Assembly (NCBI RefSeq): GCF_038025025.1
Contig: NW_027117351.1
Span: 372,001 to 436,000, forward strand
Direction: 5' to 3'
From: Phyllosticta citribraziliensis
Taxonomy: Eukaryota
DNA length: 64,000 bases
Below, one piece after another: positions 12,817 through 23,588 of this stretch. Below the pieces are notes generated by a model. The model made no database searches. It had not been told where the DNA came from and saw only the letters and a program-made list of their open reading frames with translations. The translations under genes and the position numbers were made by a program. Position 1 is the first letter of the stretch. Every line of letters starts with the position of its first letter.

Positions 12817-13902
12817 TCACTGGCCTCTGTAATACGGAGTATAGTTCTCATTGACGAACGTCGTATTCTCGTCAGCAATCGCCGCCAAGCCAGCCTCATG
12901 GCGAATAGCCGTCTTCAAGTTGCGAGGATACGGGCCGCCATTGGCGTTTTCAAAGTCGAGAAAATCGTTCCCCGTCTTGATCCAGGCCACAACTAGACGC
13001 TCGTCCTGGGCGACATGGTTCAAGCAATGGACCATGCAAGTGATGACCTGGTTCTTCCAGCCGTTGTGGTCATTCGGGTCCAGTCCCTCCATCTGGAAGA
13101 GCCACGACACGAGCGATCTGAACAGCTCGGCGGTTTGGACGGGGACCATGAACTCGACGCTGCACGCGCGGTTCAGGAACTCGGCCGTCAGGTTGCCAAT
13201 CCGGCGCACAAAGTCGGCCGTCTCCGGATGGTGGGCTGCTTGGCCGAAGGCGTCGGCGGGCCTCCACCCGTTGTCCCGGAGCCGCACTGCCCAGTTGTTC
13301 GTCTCCATCCACTCTTCGAACCGGTCCTGCACTTGGTTGGTGTAGTCAATGTTGGCGTGGTGCGTGAGGTGTAGGTTTGAGTCGTTGAACGCGTGGATCA
13401 GCTCGTTCAAGAACACCTGCGCCAGGACGACCAGCTCGTAGTGCAAATCCATCTCTTTGAAGTTGACCAAGTGGTTCGAGAGCGGCTCCTGCTCCAGGAT
13501 TGGTCGCACTTCACGGCGATGCATCTCCCAATATTTGTCATAGTATTTCCGGATTCCCGCGCGTGTGATCGGAGGCCATCGGGGATTGATGAAGAAAGGA
13601 CAGCGGCAGTAGGGGCAGTGGTTGTTGGAACCAAACCAGTTGTTGATGCAGTCGTTGCATAGGACGTGGCCGCAAGGAAGCTTGCCAGGCTGTGTTCCTC
13701 GCTTTCTCAACGACGGTCCGGTGCGGAATCCGAGCACATTGGCACAGATGCCGCAATCGTTTTCTCCTTCCGTGTCTGCTACAGATGCCACGGGCAATTC
13801 CTCGATGAATTTGCGCTGCACTCCCAGCAAGATGACGTCGTCATAATCGTTGCCATGGATGTAGTTATCAGGGAGGTACACAGGAAGTGGTTGTTGGGCC
13901 AT
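12817..13902 (-). CDS. Intronless RING-finger (C3HC4-type) protein, 361 aa, putative E3 ubiquitin ligase with unrecognised C-terminal region
   Basis: CGIC...LPCGHVLCNDCINNWF..NNHCPYCR in a long ATG-initiated ORF. Confidence 0.8.
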   Translation of the reverse strand: MAQQPLPVYLPDNYIHGNDYDDVILLGVQRKFIEELPVASVADTEGENDCGICANVLGFRTGPSLRKRGTQPGKLPCGHVLCNDCINNWFGSNNHCPYCRCPFFINPRWPPITRAGIRKYYDKYWEMHRREVRPILEQEPLSNHLVNFKEMDLHYELVVLAQVFLNELIHAFNDSNLHLTHHANIDYTNQVQDRFEEWMETNNWAVRLRDNGWRPADAFGQAAHHPETADFVRRIGNLTAEFLNRACSVEFMVPVQTAELFRSLVSWLFQMEGLDPNDHNGWKNQVITCMVHCLNHVAQDERLVVAWIKTGNDFLDFENANGGPYPRNLKTAIRHEAGLAAIADENTTFVNENYTPYYRGQ

Positions 13903-14961
13903 GGCGGATGAGGCGATGAATTTGCAGTTGCAAGGGCAAAGCAGTCACACTGGGTGAGTTGACAGGAGACTGAAGAGCGCGCGATCTGAGCTTCAAGCCC
14001 GATTTAAAAGGTTGTCGGTGAATGGAAAACACAAAGAAGACCCAGACGTATCTGATTCCAGGAGACAATCAAGTCGAATGACCTGGGAAAGAGATTGACG
14101 TTTTGATGGGAGACAAAACCGGCCTCTTTGTCCACTTTCTGCTTCTCTGATACTTTGACTATACTTTGAGGAATCAGAGGCCCAAGACCTTCATAGCTTT
14201 TCCGGTCAAGCCACAACGTGAGCTGAACAAAGCCAGGATGTAATCGTTTGGGTTTCAAAAGTTGGAGGACTGACTGTATACTATCTTCTTACCAGATTGT
14301 TAATTTGAAGTAGCGCTGTGTGTCGAAATGGGAATGCCATGGCTTTCAAGTAAACTTAGGGGAAGCTTGAGGGGCGGTCTTCTCTTGTAGTTGAATCAGT
14401 GAGCAGACATCAAGAACTGAACCGTGGCAATAGCGTTGGAGGGAAAATCGTGCTCCATTGTTGGCTTGATGAAAGCAACCATTTCGCTGGATCTCTGGCA
14501 GCCGGAAGAGGAAAGAAAGCATCCAGGCATCGTACAGCCTCGCTTCAATGGCACTCATTATTCTCATCAGAACAGTCCGAAAATCTTGAAAGCTTTTCCT
14601 GTCAACATGAAGAAATTTCGAGCGAGAGATGGATGTCGAGAGGAGCGCGAAGTGCAGACATCGACAAAATAAGGTTGTCAGCATCTTCCTATATCGAGTC
14701 TAGCGCCAAAATCGGTCCCAGCGCAGCGTATCCGAGTCCGATATCGCTCTCCATGCCGCGGGATTCGTCCAGAGTTCCGGTATCGTCATCCCAGGTGCCA
14801 AATGGCTCATATCGACCGAACATCTGCTGACGCGAAAGCATCTCAGTGACACTCTATGGTAGTTTAATAGCCTGTCAGCTCTACGCCTTCTCTATTTGCT
14901 GCTAGCACTTGCTGAGTACTTGATTGCTTTCCCCGAATGCGAGTGGAATTTTTCTTCGAAG

Positions 14962-16442
14962 ATGCCTGTCGCAAACGCTCATGTTGTTGTCATCGGGTAA
15001 GTCACTCTTGAAGCTAGAAGGCGCTCGTCTAAGCTGATTGATGCAGCGCTGGAGTGGTTGGTCTTCAGACGGCCGTGACATTCCTCGAGAATGGATATGA
15101 TGTTACTGTGATTGCGAAACATGTTCCCGGTGACAAGTCGAGTGAATATACTTCACCATGGTAATATTCTGTCTTTCATGTCGTAACTCAACGCCGGAAC
15201 TGTCTTGGTTATTTTCCTCGTTTTGTGTTTTTCGAAAAACACGTCGCGACGACACGCCCACCGCGGAGAAGCAATTCTGTGTATTCTTCTCCAAGCGAAC
15301 CGATCTGACGTTGAACAAGGGCTGGCGCGCAGTGGAGAACGCATTCTACCGCGCAAGACTTCGAGTTGCAAAAGTGGGATCTCGCAAGCTACACGAGATG
15401 GTTTCAGACAGTCGATGAGGAGAAAAAGAAGCCGGGACAGGCGACGAAGTCCGGCCTCGCGGTAACAGCCCAACATGTCCGTTGATTGGAGTAACCCGCT
15501 GACATCGAGGAGAAATTCAACAACGTCGTGTACTGGTGAGTGGGTGGGAATTTTCATCACGAGCCATGTTTCTAATGCCGGATTCAGGACCGAAAAAGAC
15601 GAGGAGATCAGTAACGGCCCAGAGAATGTGTGGTTTGCATCCCATATGCGCTCATTCGAGGTGATTCCTCAGTCATCCTTGCCAAAAGGTGCAATTGCGG
15701 GCGCCAGGTACGACGCCATCACCATCGACACGACAGTCTATTTGGCCTATCTTGTCGATCGCATAACGGCGTTGAGAGGGCGGGTCATCAAAGCTGAGCT
15801 GCCCACGACAAATGGTCTGGCTGGGGCACTTGCGACAGCTGCTCGCCTGCTTCCAGTCTACGGTGTCAACACACCAATTTCGGCGTTTGTGAATGCAAGC
15901 GGAATTTTGGCAAGAGAGCTCGTGCCAGACTCCGCCGTGCATCCCATCCGCGGTCAAACTGTCCTGGTGCGCGGCGTGCCGCCACAGCTGAGGACGATTA
16001 TACGTGGTCAAGGTGTGTCGTACGTCATTCCACGCGCTGCCTCCAACTCCACAATTCTGGGTGGGACAAAGCAGGTGGGGAACTGGAATCAAGAGCCCGA
16101 TGATGCGACAACCAAGTGGATCTTGGAGAGCTGCAAAGAGCTGGCGCCGGAACTGCTGAATGAAAAAGGCGAATTCGACGTGCTCAGCGTCAACGTTGGG
16201 TTCCGGCCGGGGAGGACAGGCGGGCCGAGATTGGAGGTGGAGGAGGTCCAGACGGAGGCCGGAAGGTTTGTTGTCTGTCATGAGTACGGGCATGCAGGTG
16301 CTGGGTAAGAGTCCCTGAGACATTCTTAATTGCTTTGCGTACTGACCTCAACAGATACCAGTTGTCTTTTGGTTCGGCAGACAAGACTCTTGGGCTGCTG
16401 AACGACCATTTTGAGAAGAAACTCACGCGCGCCAAGTTGTAG
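14962..16442 (+). CDS. D-amino-acid/D-aspartate oxidase (FAD), peroxisomal; 6 exons
   Basis: VVVIGAGVVGL (Rossmann fold), YTSPWAGA, VNASG, PIRGQ, ILGGT, VGFRPGR, H.YGHAGAGYQ.S.G and C-terminal AKL (PTS1). Introns ~14997-15046, 15161-15319, 15462-15509/15512, 15536-15587, ~16305-16354. Confidence 0.9.
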
Positions 16443-17012
16443 AGAAGGGCCAGAGATCTCATGGATGATTTCCGGGATTTCAACAAGATATCGCAAAGAA
16501 GTAGCGTTCTAGCGCGGCCGACAGCCAACGCACCGTGGCCGTGGAGAGATCTGATGGTTCCTAGATCTAGCTGCAGTAGCAAATTCCTGACGATGGTGCA
16601 TGAAGCATCTAGGAGCGCTGATTCGATTTGTTGGCAAAGTGCAGACGTGATGAAAGCAGCTGGGTTTCGTCCATCGCATCGCAGCGCTCAAAGAGCGGCT
16701 TGGCCGCGGCTGTGAGTGGAGGGAAGAAGGGAGGATTCAAACGGCTCGTTGATTGTCCATGGCGAGACAATTGCAGTGGTGAGACAAAGGACGGGATGTG
16801 TCGATGAGGTGGTCGTCGCGCGGCGAGTCAGCACGGGCGTGGGGCAGCGCGTCATTTGCCGACGGCGGCGGGACCGTTTTCTTTTCTCTTCCCTGTCTGC
16901 TACACCTCTACTTTTCCCCAGACTTCTCCGTCCTCCACGGCATGGAAAGTGCGCTGAAGCAGTCCTACTCACCCTACTCCGACGACTCTCCCATTCTCTG
17001 CTACCAGTCTCC

Positions 17013-18605
17013 ATGACTCTCCCCCAAGGCGGCCTCAATGGCCACTCGTCCACCAACGGAACCTACAAGTACGGTGCGGCGCCAAAACAGTCACACCCCA
17101 CGAGCTTGGTTTTGACTAACCAAAACACAGAGAGGATAACCGAACAACCTGAGAACCCCTACGCCAAGTTCATCCCCGACCAAACCATCGCCATCGTCCC
17201 CTCGTTTACCTTGGAATCCGGAGTCGAGCTGCGCAATGTGCCCGTCGCCTACAAGACATTTGGCTCCCTTTCGCCCGCCAAAGACAATGCCATGGTCATT
17301 TGCCATGCTCTGACTGGCAGCTCAGACGTCGGAGATTGGTGGGGTCCACTTCTTGGTGGCCCTGGCAAGGCTTTTGATATTTCTCGCTTCTTTGTCATTT
17401 GCTTGAACAGCTTGGGCAGCCCCTACGGCAGCGCGAGCCCAGTCACCAACAAGGATGGCGACCCTGAGCAGGGACTCTATGGTCCCGAATTTCCCCTTAC
17501 CACCGTTCGAGATGATGTGAATCTCTTCAAGCTCATCTTGGACGATCTGGGCGTGCGCCAGATTGCTGCCGTCGTTGGAGGTTCCATGGGCGGCATGCTA
17601 GTTTTGGAGTTTGCGTACTTTGGCAAGGACTACGTGCGGACCATCATCCCGATCGCCACCTCTGCGAGATACAGCGCGTGGGGAATCAGCTGGGGTGAGG
17701 CGCAACGTCAGAGCATATACAGCGACCCAAAGTACGACGATGGCTACTATGCGTTTGAGGATCCGCCATCGACTGGACTCGCCGCTGCGCGCATGTCGGC
17801 CCTCCTCACGTATCGCAGCCGCGATTCATTTGAATCCCGCTTTGGAAGAAACACGCCCGACCCCCTGAGGCCTCAAAATATCAACCGCATGCCACAGCCC
17901 GTCGCCGCCTCTGCCGTCAACGAGCACTGGGCAATCCACAACGATGGCCACATGAACGCCGGCTCTCCACGTGGATCTCGCCCTCCTAGCTCGGCGGACT
18001 TGCCTGCGAGTGCTCGCATCGAGGCAGAATCCCCGGCTCCCACCAACCTGACCGGTCCCATACGCAACAAGAAGAAGACGCCAACCTACTTTTCCGCGCA
18101 ATCGTACCTGCGATACCAGGGCAACAAGTTCATCAAGCGCTTCGACGCCAACTGCTACATTGCCATTACCCGCAAGCTCGACACGCACGACGTCTCTCGC
18201 GGCCGCGTCGAAGCCGCCGAAGACATGGAAGCCTCGAACGCATCGATTCAATCCACGCGCTCCCAGGCCTCGCTGCAGACCGCCCTGTCCCAGATCGCCC
18301 AGCCCACCCTCATCCTGGGCATCCAGTCCGACGGCTTGTTCACCTTTGCCGAGCAGGAGGAGCTGGCGGCCAGCATTCCCAACAGCGCGCTCAAGACGAT
18401 TGATTCGCCCGAGGGCCACGACGCCTTCTTGCTCGAATTCGAGCAGGTCAATGGCCATTTGCTCGAGTTTTTGCACAGGGAGCTGTCCGACATTATGCAG
18501 CGCAGCCCGCAGGAGATTGAGGTCAAGGGCGATGGCGACGGCCTGGGCGTGACGAAGAGTAGCACTTTTGGAGAGGCGGAAGTGGAGGACATCACGGCTT
18601 GGTAG
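17013..18605 (+). CDS. MET2: Homoserine O-acetyltransferase; probable intron 17074-17130
   Basis: CHALTGS.D..DWWG, GGSMGGM nucleophile motif, QSYLRYQG.KF..RFDANCY, SPEGHDAFLLE. Confidence 0.93.
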   Translation: MTLPQGGLNGHSSTNGTYKYGAAPKQSHPTSLVLTNQNTERITEQPENPYAKFIPDQTIAIVPSFTLESGVELRNVPVAYKTFGSLSPAKDNAMVICHALTGSSDVGDWWGPLLGGPGKAFDISRFFVICLNSLGSPYGSASPVTNKDGDPEQGLYGPEFPLTTVRDDVNLFKLILDDLGVRQIAAVVGGSMGGMLVLEFAYFGKDYVRTIIPIATSARYSAWGISWGEAQRQSIYSDPKYDDGYYAFEDPPSTGLAAARMSALLTYRSRDSFESRFGRNTPDPLRPQNINRMPQPVAASAVNEHWAIHNDGHMNAGSPRGSRPPSSADLPASARIEAESPAPTNLTGPIRNKKKTPTYFSAQSYLRYQGNKFIKRFDANCYIAITRKLDTHDVSRGRVEAAEDMEASNASIQSTRSQASLQTALSQIAQPTLILGIQSDGLFTFAEQEELAASIPNSALKTIDSPEGHDAFLLEFEQVNGHLLEFLHRELSDIMQRSPQEIEVKGDGDGLGVTKSSTFGEAEVEDITAW

Positions 18606-19059
18606 TCGTAGTTGTTTGCGGAAGCAACTGGAGTGATGGATTCGGGACATGTGTGATGGCTTACGATAGCGAGCGACATTCAACATTGACTCGGAATTTC
18701 AGTGATACACAATTATATTTTGGATTGGGGCATGTTGACAGGCGAAAGTTTGGCTTCTGCGATTCGAGCTGATGGGTTCTCCTCGTTGCTCTCCTTCGTA
18801 GACATGGAACCCTTGGGCGTACTGTTGGATATGACAACTTGAAAGCTCCCTACCAGTCCCCTGTTGCAGTGCAAATGCTTCGCTGTTGGCCCATTTTGCC
18901 ACGACTGGTGGCACCAAGCAGCTCTGTTGGGTCTTGGTACCGGGCAAGATGGACAACGAACAGCAGCGCATCCACCGAATTTACCATCTTCCCCCAATAT
19001 CCACACTTACTCCTCGCATCCCATCCTCCTCTGTCACTGCTGCGTAGGTATTTACACGC

Positions 19060-20142
19060 CTACAGCTTCCCCTCCCTCCTCAACCCCTCATACAGCGCCC
19101 ACGCGCCCAGCGCCTTGCTGTCGCGCCCGCCCCACCGCCACAGCTCCTCCAACCGCACAAGCTTCAGCGTAATCTTCTCGCCCTGGTCCCGCAACCCCGT
19201 GAGGCGGCCCTGCCACGACTCGAGCTCCTGCCGGCGCACGCGGCGCTGATGCAAGAACAGCGGGACAAACTCGTCGCAGCCGCCAGCACTGGGGTACATG
19301 GCAGGGGTGAGCTTTTCATCCGCGGCGTCGGTCGACGAGGAGGAGGAGGAGGTGGTGGTGGCCGGACACACGGGGACGTCGGACAGGGCGAGCGCCGTCA
19401 GGTCGGTGAGCTGGTCGTCGGCGACGCGCAGGCCGGTCTCTTCGTGGATTTCCTTGGCCGCGCCGCCCGCGAAGGTGCCGCTGTCGTCCAGCATGCCGGC
19501 GGGCAGCTCGGCGAAGGCGAGCGAGCCGGCGGGGATGCGCGGTTGCACGGTCAGGATAACATGTTTGTCTGTCTCCGCGTCGGCGGGCACGTCGTCGGGT
19601 TGCAGGATCAGCTGCGCGTGTGGAGGGTGGGCCGTTAGTTCATGGGATCATATGTAGCCAGCATTGAAGGAGAGGGATGATGGATGGAGAGATGGGTGGG
19701 CCGGCGACGCGGCGACGCAGGGAGCTACATAGCTTACCAGCATGCCCACGCTGCCGCCGCGCAGGAAGACGCTGCCGGGCAGAGCCTCGCCGGCGTCGGT
19801 CGAGACGACGGCCTTCAGCTTGACGAAGCCCAGCTTCTTGCCCTCGCCGCCGCCGAACCAGTCGCACGTCTGCACGTCGATCCGGCGCAGCGCGTACGGC
19901 GCCGCGTGGAACGTGTGCTGCTCGTCGCGCTGTTGCAGCGAGAGCGACCGCTGCAGCGTTGCGATCCAGTTTTTGAATGCTGGGAAGTTGAGCAGCGCGT
20001 CTTGGGACAGGTCTGGTGGGAGCTGCACCGGGCAGGGCGGAGTCGAGTTGGGGAGCGTGAAGGTGTGGGACATGGTGGATATGCGGAGCGCGGAGCGCGG
20101 GGCGAGTAGATGTCGTGTGAGGTGGTGGAGGCGGGGGAGCAT
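19060..20142 (-). CDS. Nudix hydrolase (ADP-sugar pyrophosphatase, NUDT14-like); intron 19612-19737
   Basis: LPGSVFLRGGSVGML, QPRIPAG, ELPAGMLD...AAKEIHEETGL (Nudix box), SAGGCDE, GEKITLKLV, DSKAL. A second in-frame ATG lies at 20073. Confidence 0.9.
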
Positions 20143-20497
20143 GTGTCGACGAGGTAATTGGTTTGAGATTGGGTTTGACAGTGGTTGGTGTTGGTTTGTG
20201 GAGGATTCCATTTTCGACGAACCGAAGCTCAGATATGACGTCGGTGGTTGGACCCTGGCTCATGGGCCCAAGCTCCTCCACGGAGTTTGAAAAAACGTTT
20301 CAATCCTAACTTGAGATCAACCTGCTGTATTTTGACTGTGGAGTGGGATTCTAGAGAGACGTTATGCTCATCGAGCAAATGGTTGTACATGGAATTTCCA
20401 ACTCTTGGGCACGCTCATCTAAACAAATCTATCTACATACTCAACAACCCAGGGCACATCAAACTCCAACGTCCCCATGGACCCTCTCTAGAAACAC

Positions 20498-22597
20498 CTA
20501 CCACGTCTCCTGCACCCAACGTCCTCCCCGAACCATCCCCCTGACCGTCTCGTCCGCCTCTTCCCTTTCCATGTCTCCCTCCTTGGCGATAACGTCCACA
20601 ATCGCTGCCCGCACCGCCTCTGGCATTTTCCCAGAGCTGCCACATACGTAGACTCGAGCCCCATCTTCCAAGAATCGCCAGAGTAGGCTTGCATGCTCGC
20701 GGATACGGTCCTGTACGTAGACCTTTTCACGCTGATCGCGAGAAAATGCGGTTATGACGTGCAGGCCGGCGGTCGCCGAGAGACGGGTGAACTCGTCGCC
20801 AAAGAAAAAGTCGGCGTCGGCGTTGCGGTTGCCAAAGAAGAGCGCCGTATCGGAAAGAGTCTGAGAGGGTGAGTCGGACTGCGGCGAGTCGCGGTCTGGC
20901 GTTGCGTTGGGGTTGCCGTGGTCATCGCCGTTGACAGGGGTCGATTGCTGGATTTGGCGCAGCCTGTATGCTTCCTTTTCTTGGATGATGCTGCGCAGAG
21001 CTGCAACGCCAGTGCCTGGGCCGACAAGAATCGACGGATTGGCCAAGTCCTGTTCAGTCACCTTCATTGCCCCCGACAGTACTTGGATGCGCAATTTTTG
21101 GCCAGGCTGCAAAGCGCTGAGGTACCGTGAACACACGCCCCACCGGATGCGTTTGATGACGGTGCGGTATTTGACGAGGGCCACTAGCAGCGTCACCTTG
21201 CAGTCCTTGTCCTTTGGATCGAATCTCGTCAAGTCGGCGCTGGCGATGCTAAACTGGCGTGGTTTCAGGGGTGGAATGACGCCCAAAAGATATTCAAAGG
21301 GAATCTTGACGGTCGTAAAGTCTTGCAATACTTCTAGTATGGAGCGCCTCGGGCGAGTTGCATAATCAAAGTAGTCTTCAATGTAGTCTGGGTCTTTGGG
21401 CCTGGCAAACTCCATCAGCCGCTCCTTCTGGTCCGCATCCGACGTGAAATATGACAGCGTCAGGAAAAAAGAGCGACGAGGGACGGCCATTATGTCCAGA
21501 TGGTTGGTGAGGATGCCAAATAGCGTAGCGTGAAAAGGACCTCGGCCAATTGGATGCTCGCGTGGTGGATTGGAATCTGGTTGCGAGTAGTCGTACTTGA
21601 GCTCAAGCGGGCGGAGAGCAATAGAAGCGTAGCCTTGGAGTTCGATAAACTCGTTTACGTCTTCGGGAAAGTTCTTGGGATAGATTTCCACCACATCTCC
21701 CGGGCTGTAGGTGAGCCTAGGCTTGGCAATTGGGTTACCAGAGGTCGAATCGCTTCGGGACATCTCGCGCGGAATGCTCAGTTCTATTTGACGAACATCC
21801 TGCCAGTGAGATTCTGGTGTCACGCGGGAATTGGATGTGACGTGAGCGGCCTCGTGGTCGGCTTCTTGACTGACGTGGACGTGATCTCTACGGGAGTACT
21901 CTTCAGGCGTGTCCAGAGCCTCAACATGGCCGTTGGTAGGATAATCAGGTTCTTGCAAGAGGTTCAAGGACCATCGCGGTTTTAAAAAGACATCGTCCGA
22001 AAGAGGTTGCTCTCCCGCGGGAAGAGGGAACTGGGAGAGGAGCTCGCTTCGAAGCTTGTCGAGCCATGGCAGAAATGAAGCGTCGACTCTGGCAGTCGTA
22101 GTCAGAAATTGAAGAATTCATGATTGGTCTATCAACCCACCCTTCTGGATGCTGCTCATCCGCCTCGCCAGCCTCTATTAGTCTTCTGGCGCCGAGTTGC
22201 TCTATGCGGTTGCCGAGTTTGCGATGAGCCCAGTTGAATCTGATAATCTTATCAGCATCGCTGCTGCTTTGCAGGATTCGACAACCTACTGTGGATACGA
22301 GCTGTCACCCAGTCCAAATGATGCAAAGATGCAGTTTACCAGAGCGTCCACAGGAAGTTTTCGACTTCGAAGCTTCCTGAAGAGGATTTGTGCATTGCGG
22401 GGCAAGTCGCCCTGTCCGGTGGTGGAAATGACAATGACGACAATCGAGGCATGACTTAGGGCTTGTGGGGTGATGGCGTTGAGAGGCTTGATTGTAGTCC
22501 AGATGCGCAGGCGACGAATCAGTTGGCTGACTTGGTAGGCTAGCTCTTCGGCATTGCCAGTTTCGGAGCCATACGCCACGAGAGCCGAGCGAGACAT
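20498..22597 (-). CDS. TAH18: NADPH-dependent diflavin oxidoreductase 1 (Tah18/NDOR1); introns 22240-22289, 22089-22140
   Basis: YGSETGNAEE, STTGQGD.P.N, FGLGDSSYP.FNW, RPRRSILEVL, PRQFSIAS, GPGTGVA, AFSRDQ, VCGSSGKMP and C-terminal QETW. Confidence 0.93.
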
Positions 22598-22662
22598 GGA
22601 GTTTTGGAGATGGAATGTTACGAGCAGCAATGGCCGTCGATTCAGAGCCGACGGCGATGTCG

Positions 22663-23588
22663 GTGCCAAGAATGGAAAAAGGCTTACTGCATTGGGTCAA
22701 GCGTAGGGCTGAGACGGACTCGCACATCACTGCCATTGACAAGATCCGAGCACATATTTTTATATTGCGTGGCAGCAGAAACCGAATTCTCTGGATTTGG
22801 CTGAGACGACGAATTCATAGATGCAACTGTGGCAATGGATGAAAGCTCCTCAAACGCGCAATTGTGCAAGCGGAAAATAGCCTCCTACGCCTCTCATGAT
22901 CGCTCTCCAGATGCAGCGGCGGTGCCAGCAGGTATGAATTCTTTCAACTCCTACAGTACTTTGCTTCACGTCCAATTCCCCCCATCTCCTCTTCGTCACC
23001 TTGTATTCCATCGGTACTCCTCTGCTCTCATCTCCCGGCCATCCCTGTTTCGCTATTGGCATCTTCGCTCCGCTACAGCGAGGTCTGCAGCGGAAGCATC
23101 TCAGCATCCGCACATCGTCCACGTCCCACTGCCGCAACTCACTTCAATCGCTGAAAAATTTGGCCCCCGTCAATTGGTTGCGACGTGTGTTGCATTCAAA
23201 GTAACAGACGGCCTAGCCTCTACCTCGACTCCTGCAAAAGTGGAGGAGAAGAGGACGTTCGAGCCGAATTTAGTTGCAGATGGCGTTGATCCGAATAGGG
23301 CCAAAGGTTTGCATTTCGAAGAACAACTCGTTGATGAGCACTTTTTTGACTCTCCAAGACAGCACTGCGTGGTCTCCATCACTCATCTTTTGCTGAAATG
23401 ACTTTTTTGCCTGCAATTGCGTATCGTTCGCCATATCACGTGCCTCGTCTGGACTTGATGAGTTGAACCGCCTGTCTTCGAGCGGCATAGGGATGTTTGG
23501 GTTGAGATGGGAACTGGTCGAATACAGAGGCAGTCTCATGCCAAGAATAGAGAAGAGCTTACTACATCGGGTCAAGCGTAGGGCTGAC
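22663..23588. repeat. Diverged direct repeat: 22663-22713 and 23538-23588 (43/51 identical), with weaker similarity extending ~100 nt downstream
   Basis: GTGCCAAGAATGGAAAAAGGCTTACTGCATTGGGTCAAGCGTAGGGCTGAG vs ATGCCAAGAATAGAGAAGAGCTTACTACATCGGGTCAAGCGTAGGGCTGAC. Confidence 0.85.
22766..22958 (+). mobile_element. MITE family copy B (degenerate), upstream of TAH18
   Basis: CTGGATTTGGCTGAGACGACGAA resembles CTGGGTCTGGCTGCGACAATGAA of copy E; internal ACTGTGGCA...GAAAGCTCC. Right end ATTCTTTCAACTCCTACAGTA resembles the family TIR TTTCTTTCGACACCCACCGT. Confidence 0.6.

Noticed and set aside
16716..17012. 99-aa N-terminal extension of MET2 in the ORF track
   Set aside because: It starts at GTG, looks like promoter/UTR sequence (pyrimidine tract) and has no family similarity. 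The ATG at 17013 fits better.
14962..22597. DAO, MET2, Nudix and TAH18 as a metabolic gene cluster
   Set aside because: They are unrelated housekeeping functions with no backbone enzyme, pathway regulator or shared motif.
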